Assembly: GCA_016212375.1 (NCBI GenBank)
Contig: JACRGH010000044.1
Span: forward strand, 1,428 to 65,427
Reading direction: 5' to 3'
Length of the DNA: 64,000 nt
DNA from: Candidatus Micrarchaeota archaeon
Lineage (GTDB): Archaea; Micrarchaeota; Micrarchaeia; Norongarragalinales; Norongarragalinaceae
Below are positions 57,103 to 64,000 of this stretch, one piece after another. Under the pieces are notes generated by a model that made no database searches, was not told where the DNA came from, and saw only the letters and a list, made by a program, of their open reading frames with translations. A program made the translations under genes and the position numbers. Every line of letters begins with the position of its first letter. Position 1 is the first letter of the stretch.

Positions 57103-57531
57103 TCAGATATCCAATAAAACCCGGACCGTCCACTTGCCCTTCTTTTCAAACGCTTTGGTCTCATGGTGCGTCACGGCTTTGACGTCCAACAAGCCGGCAG
57201 TCGGACTCATGGCCGAGCCTTTGGCCACGCCTTCCAGAGAAAAGCCACCGTCTTTTGCAACTAAGTTGGTCACAGTAAATGTTTTGAAGAACAACCCGCG
57301 GGCATCCCGCTGGGCCACCAAATCCGATAAGACCCTTACTGCAAGCTCGTCGTAATTGGGCGCCCACTCCCGAATCGCGACCGATTTGGTCGTTTTGACC
57401 TTTTTGAGGTCGGCAATGGTCTCAAACAGCGCCAACGAGGCGTTTTCCAGAGCCTCCTCAAAGGTAGCCCCGTATCCTTCATAGAGGATGTCCGCGGTGT
57501 GGTCGAAAAACTTAAAGGCCTTCGGAGTCAT
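57103..57531 (-). CDS. Archease (tRNA-splicing ligase activator)
   Basis: MTPKAFKFFDHTADI N-terminal archease signature. Confidence 0.75.
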   Translation of the reverse strand: MTPKAFKFFDHTADILYEGYGATFEEALENASLALFETIADLKKVKTTKSVAIREWAPNYDELAVRVLSDLVAQRDARGLFFKTFTVTNLVAKDGGFSLEGVAKGSAMSPTAGLLDVKAVTHHETKAFEKKGKWTVRVLLDI

Positions 57532-57607
57532 GTCAAAGAGGTAAGGGGCGCCGATTGATTAAAACCCGCCGATAACCAAATTCATACAAAGAAAACGCGA
57601 GAAAAAT

Positions 57608-57643
57608 CCATTACGGAAAAGCGCAAGGAAGAAAAGAAAAACC
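57608..57643 (+). repeat. Copy of the dispersed A-rich intergenic motif (CCATTACGGAAAAGCGCAAGGAAGAAAAGAAAAACC)
   Basis: Sequence similarity. Confidence 0.6.
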
Positions 57644-57698
57644 GGCAATTCGAAAAGTCCCAGACACATTAAACAACAAAACCTAAAGATGAAACCAT

Positions 57699-57785
57699 AT
57701 GCTACCAAACATGAATCCGAAGCAGATGGCCCAAATGGTCACCTTTTCTTTTCAAAAAGAAAAGGCGGCCTGCAGAAAAGAAAAC
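57699..57785 (+). repeat. Diverged ~45-nt duplicate of the NAC gene 5' end (57699-57743), followed by the promoter-proximal module: hairpin CTTTTCTTTT-CAA-AAAGAAAAG, then GGCGGCCTGC, then AGAAAAGAAAAC
   Basis: atgctaccaaacatgaatccgaagcagatggcccaaatggtcacc versus the true atgttaccgaacatgaatccgaaacaaatggctcaaatcatgaaa at 57818. The module matches those upstream of both tRNA-Thr genes. Confidence 0.7.
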
Positions 57786-57817
57786 AATTTTGTGCGCCAA
57801 TCAAATAGGTGAAACAT

Positions 57818-58159
57818 ATGTTACCGAACATGAATCCGAAACAAATGGCTCAAATCATGAAACAAATGGGCATCAAGAACGAACCCGTGGACGCCTTGAA
57901 AGTCGTGGTCTACAAGGCCGACGGCTCTCAGATGGTGGTCGAGCCGGCGCAGGTCATCCTGGTGGAAATGCAGGGACAAAAGAGCTTACAGGTGTCCGGC
58001 ACGTTTATCGAATCCAGCGGAAACCCCGACGACGCCACCCCAACAGACCTAGACCTCATCATGGATGAGACGGGTTGCTCAAAAGTAGAGGCGCAAAGTG
58101 CGCTTGACGAATCAAAGGGCGATTTGGCGGAAGCGATTTTGAAGTTGAAGAAGGAGTAA
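57818..58159 (+). CDS. nac: Nascent polypeptide-associated complex alpha subunit (NAC plus a C-terminal UBA domain). The listed ORF starts at GTG 57809; the ATG at 57818 has an AGGTGA Shine-Dalgarno-like sequence 6 nt upstream
   Basis: MLPNMNPKQMAQIMKQMGI...; a C-terminal UBA-like region. Confidence 0.8.
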   Translation: MLPNMNPKQMAQIMKQMGIKNEPVDALKVVVYKADGSQMVVEPAQVILVEMQGQKSLQVSGTFIESSGNPDDATPTDLDLIMDETGCSKVEAQSALDESKGDLAEAILKLKKE

Positions 58160-58270
58160 ACATAAGCAGACCAAACAATTGATTCGAACCCGACTTGAAA
58201 AAAACGATCGGATTGCGTCATGCAGGTCCAACGACAAGAATACTAGCGCGGCTAGAATTCACGACGCTTT

Positions 58271-59566
58271 TTATTTTCCAAGAACCACGAAAACACGGAT
58301 GCGCAGGTCATCGGGCGGATATTTATGAATATCAAGGAATTTTTCCCGGTGTTTTTTCAGAAGCGCAGTCAATTCTTGGGCGGAAAGATGGGCATTTCTC
58401 TTCAATAGGTGCTCGATTCTGTCGTGGCCAAAAAAGTCGCCGTCTTTATTTCGGGCATCGGAAAGGCCATCGGTATAACCCACAAGTTTGTCGCCTACAT
58501 TCAAGTCGAGTTCATGCACTAGCTTAAAATTGGAGGGGGCATTGCCTTGCTTATCGTTCATCTGACCGACGCCGCCAAACCATCGGCCCAAAGCGATTGG
58601 ACCATCTTCACCGTTCGTATGACCGTGGCGCTCTAAACGATATGTGCCATCGTCTTGTTTGCGTAGAACGTAGATGGGCTCCGAACCCATGTGAACATAC
58701 CGAAAATTGACCTTTTTTTCCTCGGGACGAAGCTGGAAATAACCAGTTAACCCCTGGGCATATACTTCTGGGAAGTGTTGGTTGTGGGTTCGCTCAGCGC
58801 TGTTGCAGATAGCACGCAAAACATTATCTAAATATTGTGTGGAAACGGCATGGTTCAATCGCATGACTTTGCTGATATTCTTGCGCAACGTACGAAGTGC
58901 GGAACGAGCGGCGGAAACGTGGCCACGAAGGAAACCTTGGAACATCCCTCGAGGTTCATTGGCGGATGCGCCTTTACCGGAAAAGTCAAGCAAGGTGAAA
59001 AAAATATTCCGCTTGTCCAGAGGAATTAAATCCGAAGAATCTCCGCCGGTGCTGGGCACCTCCGGGCCCCCTCCTTTCTCAAGACCGTATTGTACCTGGA
59101 TAGAGCCGCTGGCCATTTTGGGTTTTTCCTGGTCATTCCAACGGGCAAGATCCCACGCGACCATTTGGGGGAGACCTTTGATAAAGGGCTTACGAAAACG
59201 AGGCGAAACACCTCCCAAGGAAGCGACTTCGTCGACTGATAAATTTTGCAACACATTCATATGACTATTGAAATCTTCAGGACTCAATTTGCTAATCTGT
59301 GAAAGGTATGCATGCGAAAAAGAACCCAACATGTGCATTTGATGGGGCGACAAAGAAGAAATGACATCCAGATGTTGAGGCGTAAGCGAAGTTAAGCGCT
59401 TCAAGTGGTCTGGTGAAAAAGCGGAAAGAGCGGCAACATGTTCTTTTGACCAATGTCTTAAAGGAAAAAATTTTTTAATAATATCTTTTTCGACGAGACG
59501 TGCACGAAGTTTGGCCATTCGCGGGGCTCCACGCAGAGAACGAAGGTTAGAAAAATTGCCAGACAT
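58271..59566 (-). CDS. PP2C/SpoIIE-family serine/threonine phosphatase with an N-terminal helical domain
   Basis: C-terminal GYTDGLSDARNKDGDFFGHDR...DDLRIRVFVV. Confidence 0.6.
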   Translation of the reverse strand: MSGNFSNLRSLRGAPRMAKLRARLVEKDIIKKFFPLRHWSKEHVAALSAFSPDHLKRLTSLTPQHLDVISSLSPHQMHMLGSFSHAYLSQISKLSPEDFNSHMNVLQNLSVDEVASLGGVSPRFRKPFIKGLPQMVAWDLARWNDQEKPKMASGSIQVQYGLEKGGGPEVPSTGGDSSDLIPLDKRNIFFTLLDFSGKGASANEPRGMFQGFLRGHVSAARSALRTLRKNISKVMRLNHAVSTQYLDNVLRAICNSAERTHNQHFPEVYAQGLTGYFQLRPEEKKVNFRYVHMGSEPIYVLRKQDDGTYRLERHGHTNGEDGPIALGRWFGGVGQMNDKQGNAPSNFKLVHELDLNVGDKLVGYTDGLSDARNKDGDFFGHDRIEHLLKRNAHLSAQELTALLKKHREKFLDIHKYPPDDLRIRVFVVLGK

Positions 59567-59584
59567 AAAGGAAAACCTGATTAA

Positions 59585-60256
59585 TCATTCCCTAAACTCT
59601 TCCTCAAATACCTTTCGAATCCCCTGCGCCCGGCTCTTCGCAATGCCCTCGACCGATTCCAGGGCGTTCTCATCGGCATTGGCGATGTTTTGAAGCGTTT
59701 TGAAGTGTTGGAGCAGGCTCAACGCCGTCTTGGGACCCAATCCGGGCAGGCTTTCTGCAATCAGGCGCTGTTGGTCCTGCATGGAGTCCCCTTTTTTGGC
59801 GAATTGGATGCGGTGCATCCGGTCCGGCGCGAGTTGTTCTTTTTGGGCCAACGCCACGAGAAAGTCGGCCAATTCGGCGTCGGTGTCGAAAAAGAACAAT
59901 GGCAGTTTATAGTCCACGGCAAGCGAAATGAGAGCCCCCCGAAGCGCGTTGGGTTGGACACGCTGGAACGTGGAACCGGTCAAGGCGATAAGGGGCGATT
60001 CAAACGCCGATTTCAACTCGCCGGCTTGGACGAAAAGCCGGCCGTCCAAGATGGAGGCTTCAAAATCCGCATCGGTCTTGCGCTCCACCACCACGCGGGA
60101 CGACGCGACAAAGTCGCCCACCGGCAAGCGGACCGGCTTCAAAGCGACGTTTTTCTTGAACAAACTTTTCGCCACGGCGGACCGAAGCTCGCGGTCGTCG
60201 ATGAACAATTGGAGTTGGCCGTTTTGCGTAAGCGTTTCATCGAAATTAAGTTCCAT
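59585..60256 (-). CDS. Short XPF/Hef-type structure-specific nuclease (an ERCC4 nuclease domain plus (HhH)2)
   Basis: VVERKTDADFEASILDGRLF (ERK motif) and a C-terminal LPGLGPKTA...VEGIAKSRAQGI. Confidence 0.65.
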   Translation of the reverse strand: MELNFDETLTQNGQLQLFIDDRELRSAVAKSLFKKNVALKPVRLPVGDFVASSRVVVERKTDADFEASILDGRLFVQAGELKSAFESPLIALTGSTFQRVQPNALRGALISLAVDYKLPLFFFDTDAELADFLVALAQKEQLAPDRMHRIQFAKKGDSMQDQQRLIAESLPGLGPKTALSLLQHFKTLQNIANADENALESVEGIAKSRAQGIRKVFEEEFRE

Positions 60257-60314
60257 GGGGCATCAAATAAACTACAGTTGAAAAGAGTTAAAGAAATCAA
60301 GAAAAGGGGCCTTG

Positions 60315-61127
60315 CTACGTCATCGATTCTTCACGATTGTAATAATGGTGGATATCCTTTTGCAAATGGTGACTGGGTTCAAAGGGACTTGATTTCCAAT
60401 TGGGGAGTTTGGAGCGGATGGCGTCAATGACACCGTCAAGGCGACGCCGAGCGGTTGAAATCGCAGCTATTGCACCAGTCGGGTAGTCGCGGATGCTGAA
60501 CGCTTGCCGTGAACGGATATCACCGCCGGATTGCTTCCCAAGGTGATGGACCGATACGGGCGTGGACATCCGCGCATGCACGTAAGATTCGCCGCGAGTG
60601 GCCTTGGCGTCCGCGGGCGCATCCAAAAGCGTCAATACCAAGTGAACTTGCGGATTGTCGCGATTAATGCGGGCGGGGTCATCATAGTGACCGAAAATCA
60701 ATTCAATGGGACCTGGATGGTTCTTCCTTGATTTCCGTTGGGCATCAAGATGGGCCAAAACATCCTCGACCTTGGCATCGGTCTTGAAACGATTGCCATC
60801 GGCAAAATAATTGTTTTTATCTTTCATGATGGCTTTGACCAACTCACGAGCCACATCCGCTCGAAGCAGGCCGCGACGGAAAGGAATCAAAATGTGTCGC
60901 GTAAGATCGACGTTGGTAGAAAGGCCAGGAGTTCCCATCGTATTCCAACGGCCATGCACGGTTTCACCGTTGATTTGGCGTTCGTCATGGTAATTTTCGT
61001 AAGGAATGCGGTAGCGGGGATCCCGATCATTGGCTTGCTTAAGCGCCTCAAAGGCGGTTTCAAAGCGTTCAGAATGGGGTGAATTGTGAACGGCATAAAG
61101 ACTGGCTTGGCGCATCATGGGTATCAC
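60315..61127 (-). CDS. Hypothetical protein
   Basis: ORF only. Confidence 0.35.
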   Translation of the reverse strand: MIPMMRQASLYAVHNSPHSERFETAFEALKQANDRDPRYRIPYENYHDERQINGETVHGRWNTMGTPGLSTNVDLTRHILIPFRRGLLRADVARELVKAIMKDKNNYFADGNRFKTDAKVEDVLAHLDAQRKSRKNHPGPIELIFGHYDDPARINRDNPQVHLVLTLLDAPADAKATRGESYVHARMSTPVSVHHLGKQSGGDIRSRQAFSIRDYPTGAIAAISTARRRLDGVIDAIRSKLPNWKSSPFEPSHHLQKDIHHYYNREESMT

Positions 61128-61185
61128 CTCTTTGAAACAGGGGGCGATTGGTTAAAACGATTTCGTAACGAGATGGGAAACCCCG

Positions 61186-61563
61186 TTAGAAAAGATGTTT
61201 CTTTAAGCCGTCGATGCGTTCAAAGTCCGAATCCACCGCTACGACTTCCGCATCGTTTTTCATGGCGGTCGCCGCGACAAGGGAATCAAGCGTGGGAACC
61301 ATTTTGCCTTTCTTGCGGCATTCAAATTGGATTTTCTTGGCCAACTGCCCTTCGGATAAATCAACGGGAAGCACGGTCACCTTGGATAAGAATAATTCGG
61401 CACGCTCAATCCAAGTCAGATGGGAATTGTTCAGGGACTCGCAGTAACACACGACGCTGGTTAAGACATCCGAATCTTGGATTAACTGGGCGATTCTCAG
61501 GCCTTCGGGAGTTCCACGCAATATATGGAGGATGGCGCTGGTGTCAAGCAAGTAGCGGCTCAT
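61186..61563 (-). CDS. vapC: PIN-domain toxin VapC. The likely start is MSRYLLDTSAILHIL
   Basis: PIN N-terminal motif; ATGA overlap with the antitoxin. Confidence 0.7.
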   Translation of the reverse strand: MSRYLLDTSAILHILRGTPEGLRIAQLIQDSDVLTSVVCYCESLNNSHLTWIERAELFLSKVTVLPVDLSEGQLAKKIQFECRKKGKMVPTLDSLVAATAMKNDAEVVAVDSDFERIDGLKKHLF

Positions 61564-61757
61564 AGATACCTGCGTCTCTCTTTTTTCATTTCCGCCATGG
61601 CTTTGTCGATATCCATGTCCTTGCAACAGCCGACGAATTGGTCCCAATCGATATGGGGTTTGGCATTTTCCTTGACCCAGTCACTGAAGCTTTGACCCTC
61701 TTTCTTTGCCGCTTTTAGCCGGGCATACGCCTCGTCCGTCAGGTAAACGTTTGCCAT
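61560..61757 (-). CDS. vapB: VapB-type antitoxin. The likely start is MANVYLTDEAYARLKAAKKEG
   Basis: Paralog of the 4589-4807 antitoxin, sharing the Y/VYARLKK...SFSD motif. Confidence 0.6.
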   Translation of the reverse strand: MANVYLTDEAYARLKAAKKEGQSFSDWVKENAKPHIDWDQFVGCCKDMDIDKAMAEMKKERRRYL

Positions 61758-61760
61758 GTC

Positions 61761-61774
61761 TATACTATAGTATA
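61761..61774 (-). promoter_or_regulatory. Perfect 14-bp palindrome TATACTATAGTATA directly upstream of vapB-3, a probable antitoxin operator. A TATA-like box TTTTTAATA (61778-61786 on plus coordinates) lies beyond it
   Basis: The palindrome is perfect in the sequence and lies 3 nt upstream of the vapB ATG, between the TATA-like box and the start codon. Confidence 0.5.
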
Positions 61775-61946
61775 GTGTAGTATTAAAAACAGAGGTATTG
61801 GGTGCAGAGGGTGGACGTAAGGGCGGGAATGGATTTTGGAACGGAGCAATCCGTGAAACCATAAAGTATCGGATTACATCCGACGATTTGGGCTTAAAAA
61901 CAAAAGCAGGGTAGCTGGCCGGTGACCGACCATGAGACCGAGATAT

Positions 61947-63593
61947 TCAGAATTCGCCCAGCCCTTTCTGCCCGCCAACGGTTTTTTTAGTGGAGTCTGT
62001 TTCGGAAGCCGGGTTTGAAGGGGCGTTTGAACCGGAGTCCGCATCATCACCACCCGATGCCACCGCCTTGTCGGCCGCATTCTGCGCATGCCGAATCCGG
62101 CTCATGTCCCGCGACATCGAATCCAGCGTGTCGTGCATTTGCCGTTCCTTCCGGCGGGAAATCCAGAAAAACGCCTCGTCTTTGGTGTTTTTGGCCAGCA
62201 ACACGATGGCGTTTCCGGCACGGACGCGGCCGGCCCGTCCCCGCCGTTGGATGGAGCGGATTTCCGAAGGCACGGCTTCGTAGAAGATGACGGTGTCCAC
62301 CGCTTCGATGTCCAAACCTTCCTCGCCAACCGAGGTGCAGACTAAGACGTTGAACTCCTTGTCCCGGAATTGGTCCAGCAGGGCTTTTTGTTTTTTCTGG
62401 CTCATGCCGGCACGGCCGACGAGCATCCGAGCCGTCACTCCCGGCAATCGGCAAAGCTCTTCGGACAGCCGCTGGGCCGTATCGCGGAAATGGGCAAAAA
62501 CAATCAACGTCTTACCCCGGCTGACCTGTTCGTCCACAATAGCCTTGAGTCGGGCGATTTTGGGATGCACAATACCTTGGCTTAAAAGTTCATCAGATTG
62601 GATGATGAGTTTGGTGATGCGAAAATCACTAACCAATCCTGCAACGGCCTTGCTTTGCGTCTTGCGCTCTTTCAGGCCGAGGAGGAAGGCGTGAAGGGCA
62701 TCAACGCCTTGGCTTTCCAACAGGTCCAATCCGTGCGAGAGGTTCATGGCCCGAGCGTTCAGGCTGGCGGCAGCGTAACCCGCGGGATTTTTCTGGGCAA
62801 TGGCGGCGGTAATCTTGCCGCGCATGGCCAACATGGCACGATTGGTCGTCTTGTGCGGGTCCGCCGAGTCGGCAAATCCACCTTCTTTGAGTTGGCCCAA
62901 AGTTTCGGAAAGCATCTGGTTCAACAGGGTTTGGAGGACCTTGAACTCAGAAGGCAAGTCCACGAAAACGAAATCCATTTTCACAGGCGCGGAGTACTGG
63001 GAAACCGAGGGGTCCGACTCCCTTCGGAGTTCCAGATGCTTGATGCCCAAATTGTCGCAAATCAGTTGGACTTTTTCTTTCTGCGATGAAGGCGAGGCCG
63101 TAAGGCCCAAAATACGGGCGGTTGTGGCGCGGGCCATTTCGCCCAAAAAAACATACGCATATTCCCCGACGGCGCGGTGGGCTTCATCAAAGATGACCAA
63201 GCTGAAATCGGAGAGGACCAATTTACGCGCCAAGACGTCGTGCTCCACGGTCTGCGGCGTGCCGGCAATGATTTGGGCGGATTGGTACAATGCCTGGCGC
63301 TCATCCGGAGAGACGTCGCCCGTCACGGCCACTACGTTATCCGCAGGCACGTCCAGCACCTCGCGCATCCGTCCCGCTTGCTGGTCCACCAAGGGCTTCG
63401 TAGGGGCAAGGAAGAGGATTTTCTTGGTTGGCGCAACCGACAGATAGTGGGCCGCGACCAGTGCCGCGACAAAAGTCTTACCCAGCGCCGTGGGCATCAC
63501 GACCAACGTGTTGTGCATAATGACGTTTTGCGCGGCTTGCAATTGGTAGTCGCGTTTTTCCACGTGGGCTTTGAGCAAACGGAGGTCAAGCAT
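61947..63593 (-). CDS. hef: Hef/FANCM-type DEAH-box helicase with no nuclease domain. The likely start is MLDLRLLKAHVEKRDYQ
   Basis: Motif I PTALGKT, motif II VIFDEAH, a Hef-specific insert and a C-terminal helicase domain (FYEAVPSEIRSIQRRGR). Confidence 0.7.
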   Translation of the reverse strand: MLDLRLLKAHVEKRDYQLQAAQNVIMHNTLVVMPTALGKTFVAALVAAHYLSVAPTKKILFLAPTKPLVDQQAGRMREVLDVPADNVVAVTGDVSPDERQALYQSAQIIAGTPQTVEHDVLARKLVLSDFSLVIFDEAHRAVGEYAYVFLGEMARATTARILGLTASPSSQKEKVQLICDNLGIKHLELRRESDPSVSQYSAPVKMDFVFVDLPSEFKVLQTLLNQMLSETLGQLKEGGFADSADPHKTTNRAMLAMRGKITAAIAQKNPAGYAAASLNARAMNLSHGLDLLESQGVDALHAFLLGLKERKTQSKAVAGLVSDFRITKLIIQSDELLSQGIVHPKIARLKAIVDEQVSRGKTLIVFAHFRDTAQRLSEELCRLPGVTARMLVGRAGMSQKKQKALLDQFRDKEFNVLVCTSVGEEGLDIEAVDTVIFYEAVPSEIRSIQRRGRAGRVRAGNAIVLLAKNTKDEAFFWISRRKERQMHDTLDSMSRDMSRIRHAQNAADKAVASGGDDADSGSNAPSNPASETDSTKKTVGGQKGLGEF

Positions 63594-64000
63594 GCGTGAA
63601 TCATTGGGCAAGTGAAAGATTATAATCCGCGTGACGGCAATTTGAAGTAATGGTGCATGAAACGGTTTGGGAAGCATTTGAGCGGCATTATCCGGGACGT
63701 TTGACGGTTTCAAAACGGGCGTATGAGCGGCCGGCTGGTTCTTTGGAAGAGGCCAAGGAACGCTTCCCACCCAAGGCACCGGCACGATTCATCACCGAAA
63801 GAATCAGGACAAACCGGCCTGGAATCGGGAAAATCCAAATGCCGGAAGCCGAAGCCGTACACATACGAATCAATGACGCAGCGGGAGTGGACCGTTTGAA
63901 GGGCATTTTGGAAAACGCCCAAAAAGAGTTTAACGTCGTATTATTACCAAGGGCGAATTGGGCCAAAACGCGGGCGACCATCATCCTGAATTGCGGATTT

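Noticed and set aside
63656-63984. Short ORFs at the window end (63688-63984 on the minus strand and a 14-codon plus-strand ORF)
   Set aside because: They have no supporting features and are truncated by the window edge.

Overview
The window is an archaeal chromosomal segment. Reading by eye it is moderately GC-rich, with unusually long A-rich spacers between genes. The ribosomal and transcription proteins are archaeal-specific: L32e, L19e, S4e, L14e, L34e, L18e, L40e, aSUI1, RNase P p29, Cbf5, RpoP/RpoN/RpoD and NAC. Three VapBC pairs, ankyrin repeats, giant secreted proteins and a thin metabolic repertoire suggest a reduced-genome, possibly host-associated archaeon, but I cannot place the lineage from sequence alone.

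Layout, in order along the window:
- 1-1523: a partial SulP/STAS transporter on the minus strand.
- 1856-12943: a type IV pilus-like locus. It has a secretion ATPase, a VapBC pair, a TadC/FlaJ-like membrane protein, six pre-pilin genes with class III signal peptides, and a membrane protein with a C-terminal zinc ribbon.
- 13663-17883: a 1406-aa secreted surface protein with a C-terminal anchor resembling an archaeosortase sorting signal.
- 18400-18800: a tRNA-like tandem repeat that I could not fold as a normal tRNA.
- 18867-22095: housekeeping genes (histidine phosphatase, methyltransferase, eL40, RNase HI, an ankyrin-repeat protein).
- 22106-26355: tRNA-Thr(CGU); TrmI; two paralogous secreted M23-peptidase proteins (one with a glucosaminidase-like domain); tRNA-Thr(GGU) with a canonical intron.
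- 26626-27402: a DsbA-like oxidoreductase.
- 28444-43892: the main ribosomal operon, RpoP then L3 through L15, SecY, a DUF106/YidC-like protein, and L34e.
- 44068-47073: cmk, a hypothetical protein, L14e, a VapBC pair, and Cbf5.
- 47110-51492: a 1460-aa secreted protein that fuses five peptidoglycan-hydrolase domains (two M23, a CHAP/NlpC-like, an amidase_2-like and a lytic transglycosylase).
- 51908-56115: S13, S4, S11, RpoD, tRNA-Leu(GAG) with a T-loop intron, L18e, L13, S9 and RpoN.
- 56228-63593: phosphoribosyltransferase, archease, NAC, a PP2C phosphatase, a short XPF-type nuclease, a third VapBC pair, and a Hef-type helicase.

The most interesting signals:
- A surface toolkit that looks built to attack bacterial cell walls: pili, a giant adhesin-like protein, three secreted murein hydrolases and DsbA, all in an archaeon.
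- A recurring promoter-proximal module (T/A-rich hairpin, then GCGGCCTGC, then GAAAAGAAAAC) that is each time preceded by a duplicated copy of the downstream gene's 5' end. It occurs at two tRNA-Thr genes and at NAC, and a related copy sits in the tRNA-like locus.
- Small GC-rich palindromic hairpins: one pair in a pilin gene leader and one pair nested inside one of those modules.
- A dispersed ~27-nt motif in the long ribosomal-operon spacers.
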